NCBI GenBank assembly: GCA_040437565.1
Contig: JBDOQK010000004.1
Coordinates: forward strand, 186,001 to 250,000
DNA: 64,000 bases
Direction: 5' to 3'
Source: Albugo candida
Taxonomy: Eukaryota
Shown here: piece after piece, positions 10,681 through 23,621 of the stretch
How the letters are laid out: every line of letters begins with the position of its first letter
Numbering within the stretch: the stretch's first letter is position 1
Made by a program: the position numbers and the translations under genes
Notes under the pieces: generated by a model
Seen by the model: only the letters and a program-made list of their open reading frames with translations
What the model was told of the DNA's origin: nothing
Database searches by the model: none

Positions 10681-13600
10681 CTCAAACATTTGAATTTTCA
10701 TGCACCCACCAATTGCAAATCCATCCGAGTACTCTGTTGACACCCAACTGTCAAACATCAATCGCAGTAGCAGAATTACGACATTACTAGAACTCGTAAA
10801 GGTTTTGTTCTCAGCTATATCAGTGTACATCTGGGTCCTCGATACAATGACACTGGAGATGAATTTTCTATTCAATCATTTTTTATTTGCTTGCTAGTCA
10901 ATTCCTAAATTGAGTTCTTGGACAACATAAATTTATGTCATGTTAACTGTAAGACTGCACAGACGAATAGCTGAATCAGACAAACCATAGTATTTATCAC
11001 ACAGGGAGCGACTATGGCTATTCGACCCCGTTGCATATAATCGTGTTACGTACCTCCCTCCTGGATTTGTACGTTTTCGTCATGTTGCATGGAAGAGAAG
11101 ATTCTTTACATGGAATTGCTAATCAACGTGAATTGTATATTGGTTTGTGCTTTCTGTGGAAAATCCAGCAGAAGCGCTCACTAGTGCTGCAGTATCGATA
11201 CAAGAGACGGAGTTCGTTATGCTTTTGATGAGAAAGTCGAAGTGGAAGAAGACTCAGCGAGACGCATCATGTGATGTGTTATGATCTATTTCTTCGTAGT
11301 GTTTTTTTGTCTGCCAAACGGCATTCGAAACGCAGTCTCGTGTGATTCTCATGCTTTTGGGACGGATAGTTTGGCATTGATCGGTGCATTATTGTCCAGA
11401 GTGCTGATAACGAGTTTGGTAGCCATACACTATACGGCTAAAATATACTGCAGCGAGAAGATATATGGCATCCAAGCAATTAAATGTATTCTCGCCGTTC
11501 TAGTAGAGCATCGAGGCACAGAACAAGTGAGATTGTACCAAGGCAAATTCAATAGTGACTGAGTTGGTAGAGTCACGTTTATATGATGGTACGCCGAGTG
11601 GCAAGTAAAGATAAACTCATGCATTCAGTAGTAATGGCTTAGTTGATTTAGTGACAAAGCTGCGCATAATCGCTCGCCCTCAGCTGATAGCTCGAGTCCT
11701 CAATAAAAATGCGTATTTGAGGTTCAAGGATGATATTGAGAGAAGATTTAACACTCCAAAAGAGCAGTAATTAGAATTATGTGTTTAACTCGACCTTTGG
11801 AACAAAGTGAGTGTACTTTGTCTTTGAGATAATCAGGTTTGATCGGTCTTGAATATATCTCATCTCTGCAATCACAATGAAGCTATTCCTCGCTTGCTGG
11901 TAGGAATTTTGGGAAGCGATTTTGCAGTGAAGGGCGATGACAATATCCTGATAATGTTTTTTTATCATCACAGCAGTTGTTTTTCTGTGTGAAGCAAGAG
12001 CTTAATAGCCGTGAATTACTGCGTAAAGCAGTCAAGTCACCTGTCAATGTTGTTTACTTCACAATATTGCACCGAGCAAAGCTAAGTTGCACAGAATGTT
12101 GTTGCCCGCTTTTTCTGAGAAATTCTACAATATGTGAGATGAAGGAATTATCTGTCCACCATGCAGGTATGTTTGTATTAATCAAGCATACCCTCACAAA
12201 AGGTCAAACATGTAGTTCATGTGACCATGACTTTATCATTACTTCCTTATAAACCACCCCAACCCAACCAGTGTCGATTGACGAAAGGTTTTGGCTTGAC
12301 AGCTACTTCCTTTCTTGCCTGCTCTAGCTACATGGAAGGAATTGTTATCAACTATCCGTCTATGTCAGTGTTGAACAGAAATACTTTGGAATTTGTAAAA
12401 AGTACATCTTCTGAGGCATTTACCAGATAACGCGTTGCTATGTTGAGGATAAAGTCTACTGCCGCTTTTATCGGTAAAGCAAGCGTTATAAATTCTAAGG
12501 ATGCATTACCATGCCGTGAAAAATCGGCGACCAATACTACAACGACGAAGAGCTCAATACATTTATGTGGATGAAGAAAAGTTACTACATCGACTTTACA
12601 ATGAAGTCATCTAGATACCACTCGACGATTGGTCTCATCACTCCAATACAACAAGGTCAAATGGCAAATCGTTCTACGTGGGAGTTCAAAGGAAGGGAAA
12701 AATCATTTTTACTCTCTAATCCACTTTCAACTCCTAAAACCGTCTGATAACCTTCCGAAGCAACCAAGAGTCATCCGATGTTGACACATTAATTAGCGCT
12801 GGAGCGATCCAACAAAGTAGGTACAGAACGTGTTCAGACGTTTAAGGGTATATCACGACATCTTTGAAAATGGGTCTTCCTCTCTCCTGTTCTTTGAGAA
12901 TCTATAATATCATTTCGCATTTAGCATGTTGCCAGTTCGATCTCGGTCCGGGTTCTGATAGATATTATATATATATATATATTTTCTGCCCGACATTATA
13001 TGTTGTAGTCAACCTTCAAGTTGGGCAGTGGAATCCGATGAACGTCTTTTATCGAGTACGACCACACGGCACAAGGATGGCTGGAGCTACCTCATACTTA
13101 TGTTTAGTATTTCTCCTCCGTCGACATTGGATGCTTATTGGATGTGCAATCGTGCCAACGACACGGACGGAATTGGTTGGCCTATTAGCAAATTATATCC
13201 GACTTATAGCTTGGTTTCCAGGCAGTAACACTGCCTTTTCTCTGGACCGATAGAGTCGTCGGTCACTCGAACAGGGATCAGCACCGCAAATAATTCCAGC
13301 AGTTTCCGTGATCTACAGCACATTCAGTGCGCACGTTTGGTACTTTCGACGGCATGTTACGATCAAAACGAGCGCATTTTGACTTGGAAAGGGCTTGGTC
13401 AACTCGCAACGCAAGGATCATTTAGTGGTTTTTATAGGACGGACTCAAAGATCATTACTGCGGTCCCGGCTCAGAAAAATAAAACTGCATGTGCAACACC
13501 GATCCTAGACCTATTTGGATGGCTGTGTTCACCTAGCATGGTGAGCACTAAAACGGAAAACACGTTACTTTTGGACAAGTAAGAGTTGGACATATCTCGT

Positions 13601-14099
13601 TTGAGGTGGTTTGAGGCAACCGCAAATAGGACTATCAGCGAGAAGACATATTATCATCTCCCACAGGTGTTTTGAGGAAATGTTTCATTGTTGAAGGTAG
13701 CCTAGGGACCTAAAGAGACCAGTTAGTTGCTCGAATTCTAGTAACATAGACGACTCAGTTGTACACCTTAAGAAGAAGTTGAATTAGTGATGCTAACTAT
13801 ACATTATAGATAAAGACGCACAGTCACATACTTGAGTGCCTATCCCGGACAAATAAAAATCTTCCCAGGACATGTCCGTCAGGAGGTTCTGAGGACAGTA
13901 TGTCTTATTCGAAGCTAACTGAAGTGATCGGGAGAAGCAACATGAACACCAAAAGCTGAAATGCATACCAGTTCTTTCTTTGCGTCATCTTCGAGCTCAG
14001 TGGATTAATCAAGTGCCCTGCGGCTTACGGCAGCAATGGTGGAAACATCTCATTTCTCCGCCGGATTTCCCCTCGCGGGTGTGAGCTTCACATTTGTTA

Positions 14100-15000
14100 C
14101 CGTTCACATCCTCCAAGATATCTTACTTTACCACGTATTTTGCAATACTAGGACCATTTAGACTAGCGGTGAAAGCAATTGATATGATAATCCTGATATC
14201 ATTGCGTTTGACCATTGAAGAAAATCACCGCTCCTTTATAATAAAAGCCTAAGCAGATCATACAAGTTATTATTTATCTTTTGACGGTCCCACATATAAG
14301 GTACCTCGCGCAATTTGTATCTATGTTGCAGACTCAAAGAAAGCATCTCGCCTTTCCAGTTGCTCACAAGATCATATCGATGAAGGATATTCAAGTTTTC
14401 TGGAAGCAATCTAAGTGTACGGAATGGTCCTATGATCAAGTTTTGTAGATTGTCCCGAAAGGTTAGCGCTAAAAACCATTCGCTCTACGAAGGCTGCTAT
14501 AAATTAGGTGGTCTATCACCCAAAGCGCATCCCGTGCATATTTCTTTTGGCGAGTGCAATGTCAAAATAAGCGATTCAGGATTATCTCTATATGTGTCCC
14601 CCAAAATAGTCTTGAAAGGAGTGTGAGCGGAACCGTCTTTTCACTTTCCTGCACTAAGAGATTGCTTTGTACCATCACGAATAATTACATAAGCGATGTG
14701 ATGGTGCCTGCAAAAGGCACGAGAAGTGATTCCTGCTACTACTAGAGTGATATTTTTGCAGCTAGCTTACTTTCAAGCGATAGAATTCCTACGGGTGCAT
14801 CATGTAGGGAATGCTTGAATCTCGAGGAAACATTTAGCTCAGTTTGGAAGATGAAAGGGTTATCATACACTGATTTCCCGCCGCTTGATGCCTGCGTTGC
14901 ATTCATTAGCAATAGGCTGTACTCCTAAACGCGTGATGACTTGGCATGACTTTTTTGGATCGAAAAACTCTACGCTTCTACCAGGATAGCATAATCTTCA
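14100..15000 (+). pseudogene. Degenerate Cys-containing gene relic, effector-like
   Basis: Broken frames with coding-like peptides, including SCRECLNL at ~14800-14823. Boundaries approximate. Confidence 0.25.
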
Positions 15001-15524
15001 AGGTTAGTTATGCGAAATCTACAAATTTGGATAGCATAATAGAATAACGTGATTATGTGCGTCTATCTGGTCGAAGCGTTACTCTGGTACATTAAGTCTC
15101 ATGTCCCATTGAAAAAGAGAAGTCCAATCTTTTTGCTATCTCATACGTTGAGGCTGGATGAGGTGGGGTGATTTGGTTCTCTGCAAAATCTTTGCTTCGT
15201 CCTCAGATGTAGCGTAGCAAAGAGAATCAATTTGCTTGATCTATTGTGATAAAATTCAAACACATTTCATAGCCCCTTAAAACCCTTCTTTTCATGTTTC
15301 GTGAATAGCTTTCACTCGAGACAGCTGATTCTATGTTCTGTGCTACCAATGAGTGAAGAGGCCTTCTCTTGATTAAGCGGGTATCTTATCGAGGTCTCAA
15401 TCACGGACTTCATCTTGCAAAGCAGAAAGAAGCTTGGGAATGACGGAGTAGTTGCATGATGCGCTCGGGCAAGCAAATAAAGGTAAGAATTTTTGATTTT
15501 GATATTACAATGGATAATTAGATT

Positions 15525-16470
15525 AGCTGTTCCTACTTCCTCCGGACCCCAAAGGGAGTCTACTGTTAGTGTCACCTTGCTTTTCTCATTTTCAAGTGAA
15601 ACGTTTGTTCTAATGCAGCAACTTTTTATTAGTAGCCTAACCTTCGGAATTGGAGTCTGAAAACCTCTGTTTTCGTTTCTTAGTGCAACATTCAAAGTGG
15701 GTCCGCCTCACACGATCAGGCTCTTGGAAAGGTGGCTTCGCATGTGGAGATATCAACACAATACTTAGCGGAACTTGGGTCAAATGCTTCTTATACTGAA
15801 TGAGCTTATTCTTGGTTTTTTCTAAGTCGCCTTCGGCTTTTCTCAACCGTTTTTTTGTCTTTTTCGAGTTGAGAGACGCAACTGCTCAAGCGGGAAGAGA
15901 AATCTAGAATGATCGCCTTAAGCGCTTCAGTTTCCGATTCTTGCTAGTTGACTCGATGCAAAAGCGTACTACGTTCTTTCAATACTTGTCCATATTGCGT
16001 ATTGATGTGATGTGATGTCGCTTGTTCCTGAGGAAACGACGTGCCGAGCTTCAGAATCTCTTCTTTGACAATCAAGATTTCCTTTATGGGCTGGTCATTC
16101 TCTCTTGCAAGTCGTGATATTCTGTCGGATGAGTTTAAACTTGGTCGGGTCGTTCTCGGAGTTGAATCCCGAATGGGTATCCCCGCCGACTCGGCGTTTG
16201 TTGGCGGGTGTAATACGTTCTTTCTACTATTGTTCGATTTGCGTATTTGTTTTGAAGCAAACATCGTGCCGAGCTTCATGATTCGCTTCTTTGAGGATCG
16301 AGTCTTCCTTTCTGAGCTGACCATTCCCTCTTTCAAGTCGAGGTATTTTGTCGGATGAGTCTTAACTTGGTCGGGTCGTTTTTGGAGTTGATTCTCGAAT
16401 GGGTACGTATCCCCACCAACTCGGCGATGTTTGCGGGTGTCATTAGCTGGTTTGTTGGTCGTGTTGACAT
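15525..16470 (-). pseudogene. Coiled-coil family relic with an internal ~228-bp tandem duplication
   Basis: Relic ATG at 16470; units ~16255-16440 and ~16025-16212 align; shares the N-terminal TPAN..RVGG motif and the 3' gaagtaggaacagcta segment with copies at 16648 and ~30600 (N-terminal motif also at 29408). Confidence 0.7.
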
Positions 16471-16647
16471 TTTCGGAAATTGGTTAGTGAGACTGACCAC
16501 ACTCATATAGTATACATAAAATATGAGCTGCAGAATATGGAGAGCTCTTGCGAAGAGACCAAACTCAAAATGTCATTCTTACTTTGCCGTGTTTCAGATC
16601 TCCTAACAACGATCAACTTCTCTCGCCTTAATTACCAATTTCCAAGA

Positions 16648-17350
16648 ATGACGACACGGTCAGCAAACCAGCCGTTAACACCCGCCAACATGCGCCTTGT
16701 TGGTGGGGGATGAGAATCCCCATTCGGGACTCATATAAAGGCCAGCCTGACTAAGATTGAATTCCTCCGACAAGATACCTCAGCTTATTGAAGGAAGCGA
16801 AGAGCTTAAGACTGGAAGCATGCAACTACAAAATGATATACAAACGCTGTAGATAATAGTCGCTCAGAAGAAGTAACGTTCAATCATCATCTTCAATGAG
16901 CCGTACAGAAAACAGCATTCATGTTGATCCAATCAGGCACTACGAGTCAGAAGTAGCCTCGTTGAAAGAGGGCATTCGAAGCTCTTCTCACCCTAATTCA
17001 GTTGCGCCGGCAAACACGAGCAAAAAAAATCCCTTTTCGATAAGCCGAGGTTGACTTGCAACAAGCGAAGGACGCGCTTATTGAGTACAAAGTACACCTT
17101 AGCTGAGTTCTACTCTGTAGCACTTCGATCTCGCCAACTTCAAAATCACCTATCCAAGAATGTAAATCTGAAAGCAGTCGGTCTTGTACAAAAGCTATAA
17201 TATAGCGTCAAAAAATAAAGACAAAGGCCTTCACTCTCAGATTATCGAGCTACAAGCAACGAATAAGGAAGTTGCAGCGTCAGATAGGTCGTTTTACTGT
17301 TCAAAACAAAGACTTCCTCCCTTTGAAAACGGTTGGAAGTAGTACCAGCT
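16648..17350 (+). pseudogene. Coiled-coil family relic, head-to-head with the 16470 copy
   Basis: MTTRSANQPLTPANMRLVGGG* followed by frameshifted homologous sequence. Confidence 0.7.
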
Positions 17351-17418
17351 ATATTGTTTATTTGATCATCAATGTCCTTCTTGTTCCCCACAGTTGCCAC
17401 GTTTTTTTCTCGACTGGA

Positions 17419-18690
17419 TTATAAGTAGCATTGTGAATATCCCGGCGCACGCTTTAAGATGTCGCTTGAAACAATTTCAACGCAGAATATAGCATCAGCA
17501 GTCGATTGTGAGACCGGTGACAAAACACGAAGTGTAACTTCGGTAAGAGGCAAACCACTTGCGGTAACGCATTGATACATTCGATCGAGCAAATCGTTTT
17601 TGTTTGCTCCGATACATCCAAGCATGAATCGAGTTAGTTCTTTCGTATTTGATTCAACAAGAAATTCAGAGAGAGCGAAGAAGATTGGCGAGTTGTTGGG
17701 TGTCCTGTTGGAGCTTATCACCGGAATGTAGCATGAGTCTGGGATGATTTGCTCTTATTGAGATATTTCTTCACACGACGCACATGAAGCGGTAGCAATG
17801 GGACGTCTTGATTAGACCCGGTTTTGCCTTGATCGCCCGACAGAATCCCCAACGTCTTCGAATGTACGCTCCAAACAAAGTTTTTTACAGGTCAGCGGGA
17901 ATGCATTCCATCCGCTTTGCTCTTGAAGTGACATTAGAATTGCATGATGAATTTGTCGACGACGAAATTGGAGAGGATGATTTCAATCGATATAGGGTCC
18001 AAGTGAAAAGTGAAGATCTCCCCCAACATACTCGAAATGTTGCGATAAACGAAGCCGCAACATTTTTTGCTGGCATCGTTTGATAAACACGATGAAGCAA
18101 GATGCTACCACATTGGAATAGCATACTGCACATACAATCGCACCGGGTTCTTCATCCAATGGGACCTCTGTGAGCTAGCATGATCCTACACTCGGAAAAA
18201 GTGAGAAAAGTATTTATATAAATCAAAGTGCTTGCAAGACGTATATTTCTCGTGGAGTTGCTAGAAAGTTCAAGGATGCACAGAGGACGTACTTTTGGTA
18301 AAGGTTCAATGTATTGTGAGTTGTAGTGACCAACATATACTCGTCTGAGCCAGGGAAGGAACACGTTCGCGTGAACGGAGGTAAGTATTCGAGTTTATTT
18401 TTTGGGCAATAAAAGCGCAGGTACTTGCTCTTGTCCTTTACGATCGCAAAACTCATTGAGCCAGTGTTTACAACAGCGCTTTCCTCTATTGGATTTCCCA
18501 TTTTCTTTGCAATACACAAGCAGTGATAAGTATCCACGCCATCCGAATAGATTGACGTTTTCTGCGTCGATGAGCTCGAAATTACAATATGTGCCAAAAT
18601 ACAGCCAGAATTTCCTAAATAATGAAAGCGTTGGCATGAAAATTCTGTTAGTCTGAAACTTCCATCGTCCAGACGCATCTTGCTTCATGG
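17419..18690 (-). pseudogene. Frameshifted Cys-rich gene relic, possibly a CCG-type secreted effector
   Basis: Chain of minus-strand ORFs (18223-18678, 17885-18133, 17419-17721); hydrophobic CILAHIVISS then YHCLCIAKKMG (18496-18528); ECRIMLAHRG near 18165-18195 could be a shifted CRSCLAHRG. Confidence 0.4.
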
Positions 18691-19705
18691 AGCCGGAGGC
18701 GATATTTTCTCTGTAAATACGACCTCAAAAGGGAGATTATCATCCGTCGATGCATGTACCACGTGAATGTATCCGGAAACATGATCAAAAATCACACGGA
18801 ATGGACCATCCAAGAGTATCATTTGCAATGTCTATGTGGTGGCATCTTCGACTCCCGTGCCAGTGAAGAGTATAATCTTAGTTACTATGACTCTCCTCCT
18901 TGTTATAAATCCCACGTTGTCCTCATGATGTAAAAATATAAAACTTTTGCTACTATGTGATGATTGTGAGATTTCGTCGCTATTTCCAGCGCTTGCATCA
19001 TGTTGCTGGGCAAGGACGATCGAAGGAACCTTCCTACTGTCGAAATTACTATGACCCAGAAACTAGCCTATTTTCCATACATTGAGAGTGATTCTACAAA
19101 AACTTACCTTACGGCTCTTCTCTTCATCAGTCCATTCGCGTCGTTTTATAAGGGATACGTTCATCTGTCCAAGTCAAAGGAACCTTCACTGATACTCTCT
19201 TTTGAAGAGCACTTCAAAACGCTGCACGAAGGTTGAGCGGAGCAAAATCTAGAATATGATCTCTCGCCAGAGAAGAAAAAGTGGTCGGGTATATTGGTGA
19301 AGGAGATGTATGATACCGATTTCTACATCTTGGCAAGTATCGTCTGTCCGTGCGTCCATTTTACACGATGCCAGACGCGGACAATACCCGTTGGAGCAAC
19401 TCGCACGATATAATGATTCGTGGCGAAGAGATTGTGTCGGAAGGCCAACGTGTGAAGATGCCAAACTACTGGAAGATCATCTCGATGCTCTCAACGTGCC
19501 CAAAGAAACCTTTGAAGCGTATATCGACGCACGATTCGGTGCATTACCTCAAGGAGGGAACGGGATTGACTAGAGCGCGTCGTTATGCTTTAACTTAGCC
19601 CCGAAAACGTACGCAAAGCATCCATGTTCCAAACAGACCCGGAAACAAATTGTATTAGATCGTGTCTGCTGACAACTCTGATCGTGTACGTCTTGGCAAA
19701 AGCGT

Positions 19706-20751
19706 TTATTTCCATGATTCATAGGTACCGGTAGCCTGAGGCAAGTCCTCTTTATTCAAGAGCTTCTCTAATCGTCGAGCTTCCTCTACGTTTCCAGCTT
19801 TATAAAATGTTTGCATCTGCACGCGGAGCTGTTCTTGTGATCGCATCGCACGAACTTTCTCCGTGTCCATTGTTTGCAGTAATGCTTTAAACTCGTCTTT
19901 GTCCTGGCGTTCTCGTGCCGCTTGACGCTCCTTCCGCATGTATTCTTCATCCGTACGTGGATTCCTACCATGATCCGTGCTCCGATGCTTGTTCTTGCTC
20001 TGCTTTTTTGCGTACTCCTTCATTTCGTAAGCCTCGATATCATAAAATTTCTCGTGTGGCAGTGTCGCAGTATTGAAATCCTCCATATATTCTCGAAAAA
20101 ACTCCATGACTTCTCGCTTGGAGCCATTAAAATTTTGTAACTAAAGCATCAATGCTCAGAAGCATTCCCCAGTAAGCAATGTATGATGCCTACCTGCTTG
20201 ACATCTCGAAGCCACGCTTGAAACGAAACACATTTCGACTGAAAATCGCTCTCGCGAATGATCCCATACTTTCCATATTCATTCTGATCAACAGCAAGAG
20301 AAGTGCGCGTTGATGATTTCTTCTTCTTTTTTTTCTTCTTCTTTTTATGCGAGCTTTTAGAGCTTTTCGGTGATTTTTCTTTACCACTTTTGTAACTAAA
20401 GTCTTCCTCGACGGACTCCAAAGAATGGGAGTCCGATGAGTAATTGAAGCATTGTTCTTTTGAGTGTTTACGTAAAATTTCTGTATATTCGGAGTCGTCA
20501 GCGATTGTACTTATTCGTGACCGATGCTTCCCTCGTCTTGGATTTCCTCTTTTCAATCGCTGAACGTCTCCAGCTGCATGATCTATAGAGCTGCCTCGAT
20601 GTCGCCTTTTGTGATTTCGAGAGTACGATGCTGAAATCGTGGACGATACCACGGATGCATTCGAATCAGAAGTATCCTCGCATTTCCTTTTCTTGTACTT
20701 TGATGATCTATGATCTTTGGATTGACGACGGCTATCGTGCTCGCGGCGCAT
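19706..20751 (-). CDS. Conserved uncharacterised Arg/Ser/Lys-rich, probably nuclear, protein (2 exons)
   Basis: MRREHDSRR..., poly-Lys, YGKYGIIRESD..FQAWLRDVK; intron 20141-20193 (GTAGG...TTTAG) joins in frame to EFFREYMEDFNTATLPHEKFYD. Confidence 0.85.
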
Positions 20752-22110
20752 GGTTGAAAAGGTACCGAGAAATAGGCACAAGTGTACCGCTATGTAGAAT
20801 TATGTATACCACCCTTGATAGGACGATGTGATTAGTCATGCATTCCTATGCATCCGCCTACAGAAGGATGTGTATGCTTACTCTTCAGCCCCCATTGAGG
20901 TATTTGCAGATTGTGGGCCTTTCATGGTCTTGTTTTGCGAGATCATATCATTGGAAATGCTGCTTCTGTACCACATACCTCAGAGGTAAGCATGAGGCTC
21001 GAAGATGTAGCGTGGCATTTCACAAAGTTTACTACTCTCTCCTTGTGTCATTTGCTCCAACGACACATAGAATCGCCATATTAGTAGAAAGACGAGTTCT
21101 AAAAGGCATACAGTCACCTAAAGAGTTGAATAATTTTTATTTCCTACTTTCTATTTGCATCTTGATAATATCAACAGGAAGGCGAATACGTAAGAATGAT
21201 CATTAACATTCGGTCGAGGTGCTAGCAATATCTCTATGGTAGTAACAGGGACTGCTTATCTCGTTCCTTGCGGGTACTATTACATCGCTTACGCAATAAA
21301 TGCCACTGATAGTCTAAACCAAAGTCCAAGTGCAATCCCATAGAAAAACAGCGCTGGCAACAATGCTCGCAGACTCCTTTCATGAGAAACACAAGTGCAG
21401 CGACTCAAAATTGTGAACTTGATATTTTATTTTTGAGCGGGATGCTAGTGGGGCACGGTGTGTACCGGATGCTACAAGTCGTGAGCTCAATTTGCTTTGT
21501 TAAAAGCGAATGATTTCGAAGTATAGCTTTTTGATAGCAAATAATTTCGAACCTGGGATCTCATGATGTTTACCAACCTTGTTCTTGGAGTTAACCGCTA
21601 CTTAGAAAGTGCTTTGTGAAGGACTGAAAGAGCGACGTTTTCCTTGATCCTGCACTGTATTCGAAGCCACCATTACCAATCATGAATCCAATATTCCAAG
21701 GTACACAGGGCAAGAGGTGGCTAACCTGTGAGCTGCAGCAATATTCTTTGATCTCATTTCGGAAGTATTTGAGGCTACACGATTATAAAAATGGGCTTCC
21801 AATAGCGGTGTTTACAGTGAAGTAAAAATCAGCGACACCAGGATGAACGTACCACTTCCATGAACCTCTAGGCAAANNNNNNNNNNNNNNNNNNNNNNNN
21901 NNNNNNNNNNNNNNNNNNNNNNNNNNNNNNNNNNNNNNNNNNNNNNNNNNNNNNNNNNNNNNNNNNNNNNNNNNNNGACACATAGAATCGCCATATTAGT
22001 AGAAAGACGAGTTCTAAAAGGCATACAGTCACCTAAAGAGTTGAATAATTTTTATTTCCTACTTTCTATTTGCATCTTGATAATATCAACAGGAAGGCGA
22101 ATACGTAAGA

Positions 22111-23500
22111 ATGATCATTAACATTCGGTCGAGGTGCTAGCAATATCTCTATGGTAGTAACAGGGACTGCTTATCTCGTTCCTTGCGGGTACTATTACAT
22201 CGCTTACGCAATAAATGCCACTGATAGTCTAAACCAAAGTCCAAGTGCAATCCCATAGAAAAACAGCGCTGGCAACAATGCTCGCAGACTCCTTTCATGA
22301 GAAACACAAGTGCAGCGACTCAAAATTGTGAACTTGATATTTTATTTTTGAGCGGGATGCTAGTGGGGCACGGTGTGTACCGGATGCTACAAGTCGTGAG
22401 CTCAATTTGCTTTGTTAAAAGCGAATGATTTCGAAGTATAGCTTTTTGATAGCAAATAATTTCGAACCTGGGATCTCATGATGTTTACCAACCTTGTTCT
22501 TGGAGTTAACCGCTACTTAGAAAGTGCTTTGTGAAGGACTGAAAGAGCGACGTTTTCCTTGATCCTGCACTGTATTCGAAGCCACCATTACCAATCATGA
22601 ATCCAATATTCCAAGGTACACAGGGCAAGAGGTGGCTAACCTGTGAGCTGCAGCAATATTCTTTGATCTCATTTCGGAAGTATTTGAGGCTACACGATTA
22701 TAAAAATGGGCTTCCAATAGCGGTGTTTACAGTGAAGTAAAAATCAGCGACACCAGGATGAACGTACCACTTCCATGAACCTCTAGGCAAATTTTGCATC
22801 ATTGCAAGTACGTGGGAATGCGTGGTCTAAGTAGGTGGGACTCACATCCGCGATTATAAATCCGGTCAATGTTGCGATATCTCGGCCAATGATGTGACAA
22901 ACGTCGCAGACTCGTTCTTGAGTCCATTTGGCTCATAGATCACCCAAAGAAAGTGATGAGATGCGTTTCAGATGCAGACGTATATCATTCACTTGCTCAG
23001 GAGGAAAGACTGACTTTACCTGTTACCACTTCTCTGCCTCGGAGATCACAATGCTTCCTTAACCGACAAAAAATAAAAGTAGACTCCATGATCAATAAAA
23101 AAAACAGTCATTGCTTGGCAAGGATGTCATACGTAATGATGTTCGATCGATATTTCAAGTATCCGTTTTTGTTCCACGATCTCATTATAAGGCTAATTGT
23201 GCAGCACAGACTTCCCGCGAGCATATCACAAAGATTATTGGCTCCAACTCAGACATTATTACGGCTGTAAAACGGAAGAGATCCTTCGAATGGATCAGGA
23301 TGTAATCAACGCCGTTGATTGAAACAATTCCTCATACTTTTTTATCTGTCACTGGTTGTGGAACGATCTACGAGTACGGTGAACAAATAGTTGGGGCTTG
23401 GACGATTTCCCGTATTAAAGTCACCGAGCTGATAGTCTTCCAGCCACTAGAGCAAATCTAGGGGAATCTAACTAATGTAGGAGAAGAGGTTCTTTGTCAT
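22111..23500 (+). pseudogene. Degenerate paralog of the mitochondrial glycerol-3-phosphate dehydrogenase gene at 32853
   Basis: Collinear shared blocks accattaccaatcatga, cgacaccaggatgaacgta, gcctcggagatcacaatgcttcctt; many indels and stops. Its 5' part is also repeated at ~21197-21875 across a gap. Confidence 0.85.
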
Positions 23501-23621
23501 TGGACATGCTTTGTTTGATGCAACCTGATCAAGAAGCAAGAAGTATTCGATGGGCTGTGTGGTTAAAGAGTAATCTCACAACTCACGTACTATTCTACGC
23601 ACAATCGACGGCTCCTGATTC

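Noticed and set aside
12966-12982. (TA)n microsatellite
   Set aside because: Short and ordinary.
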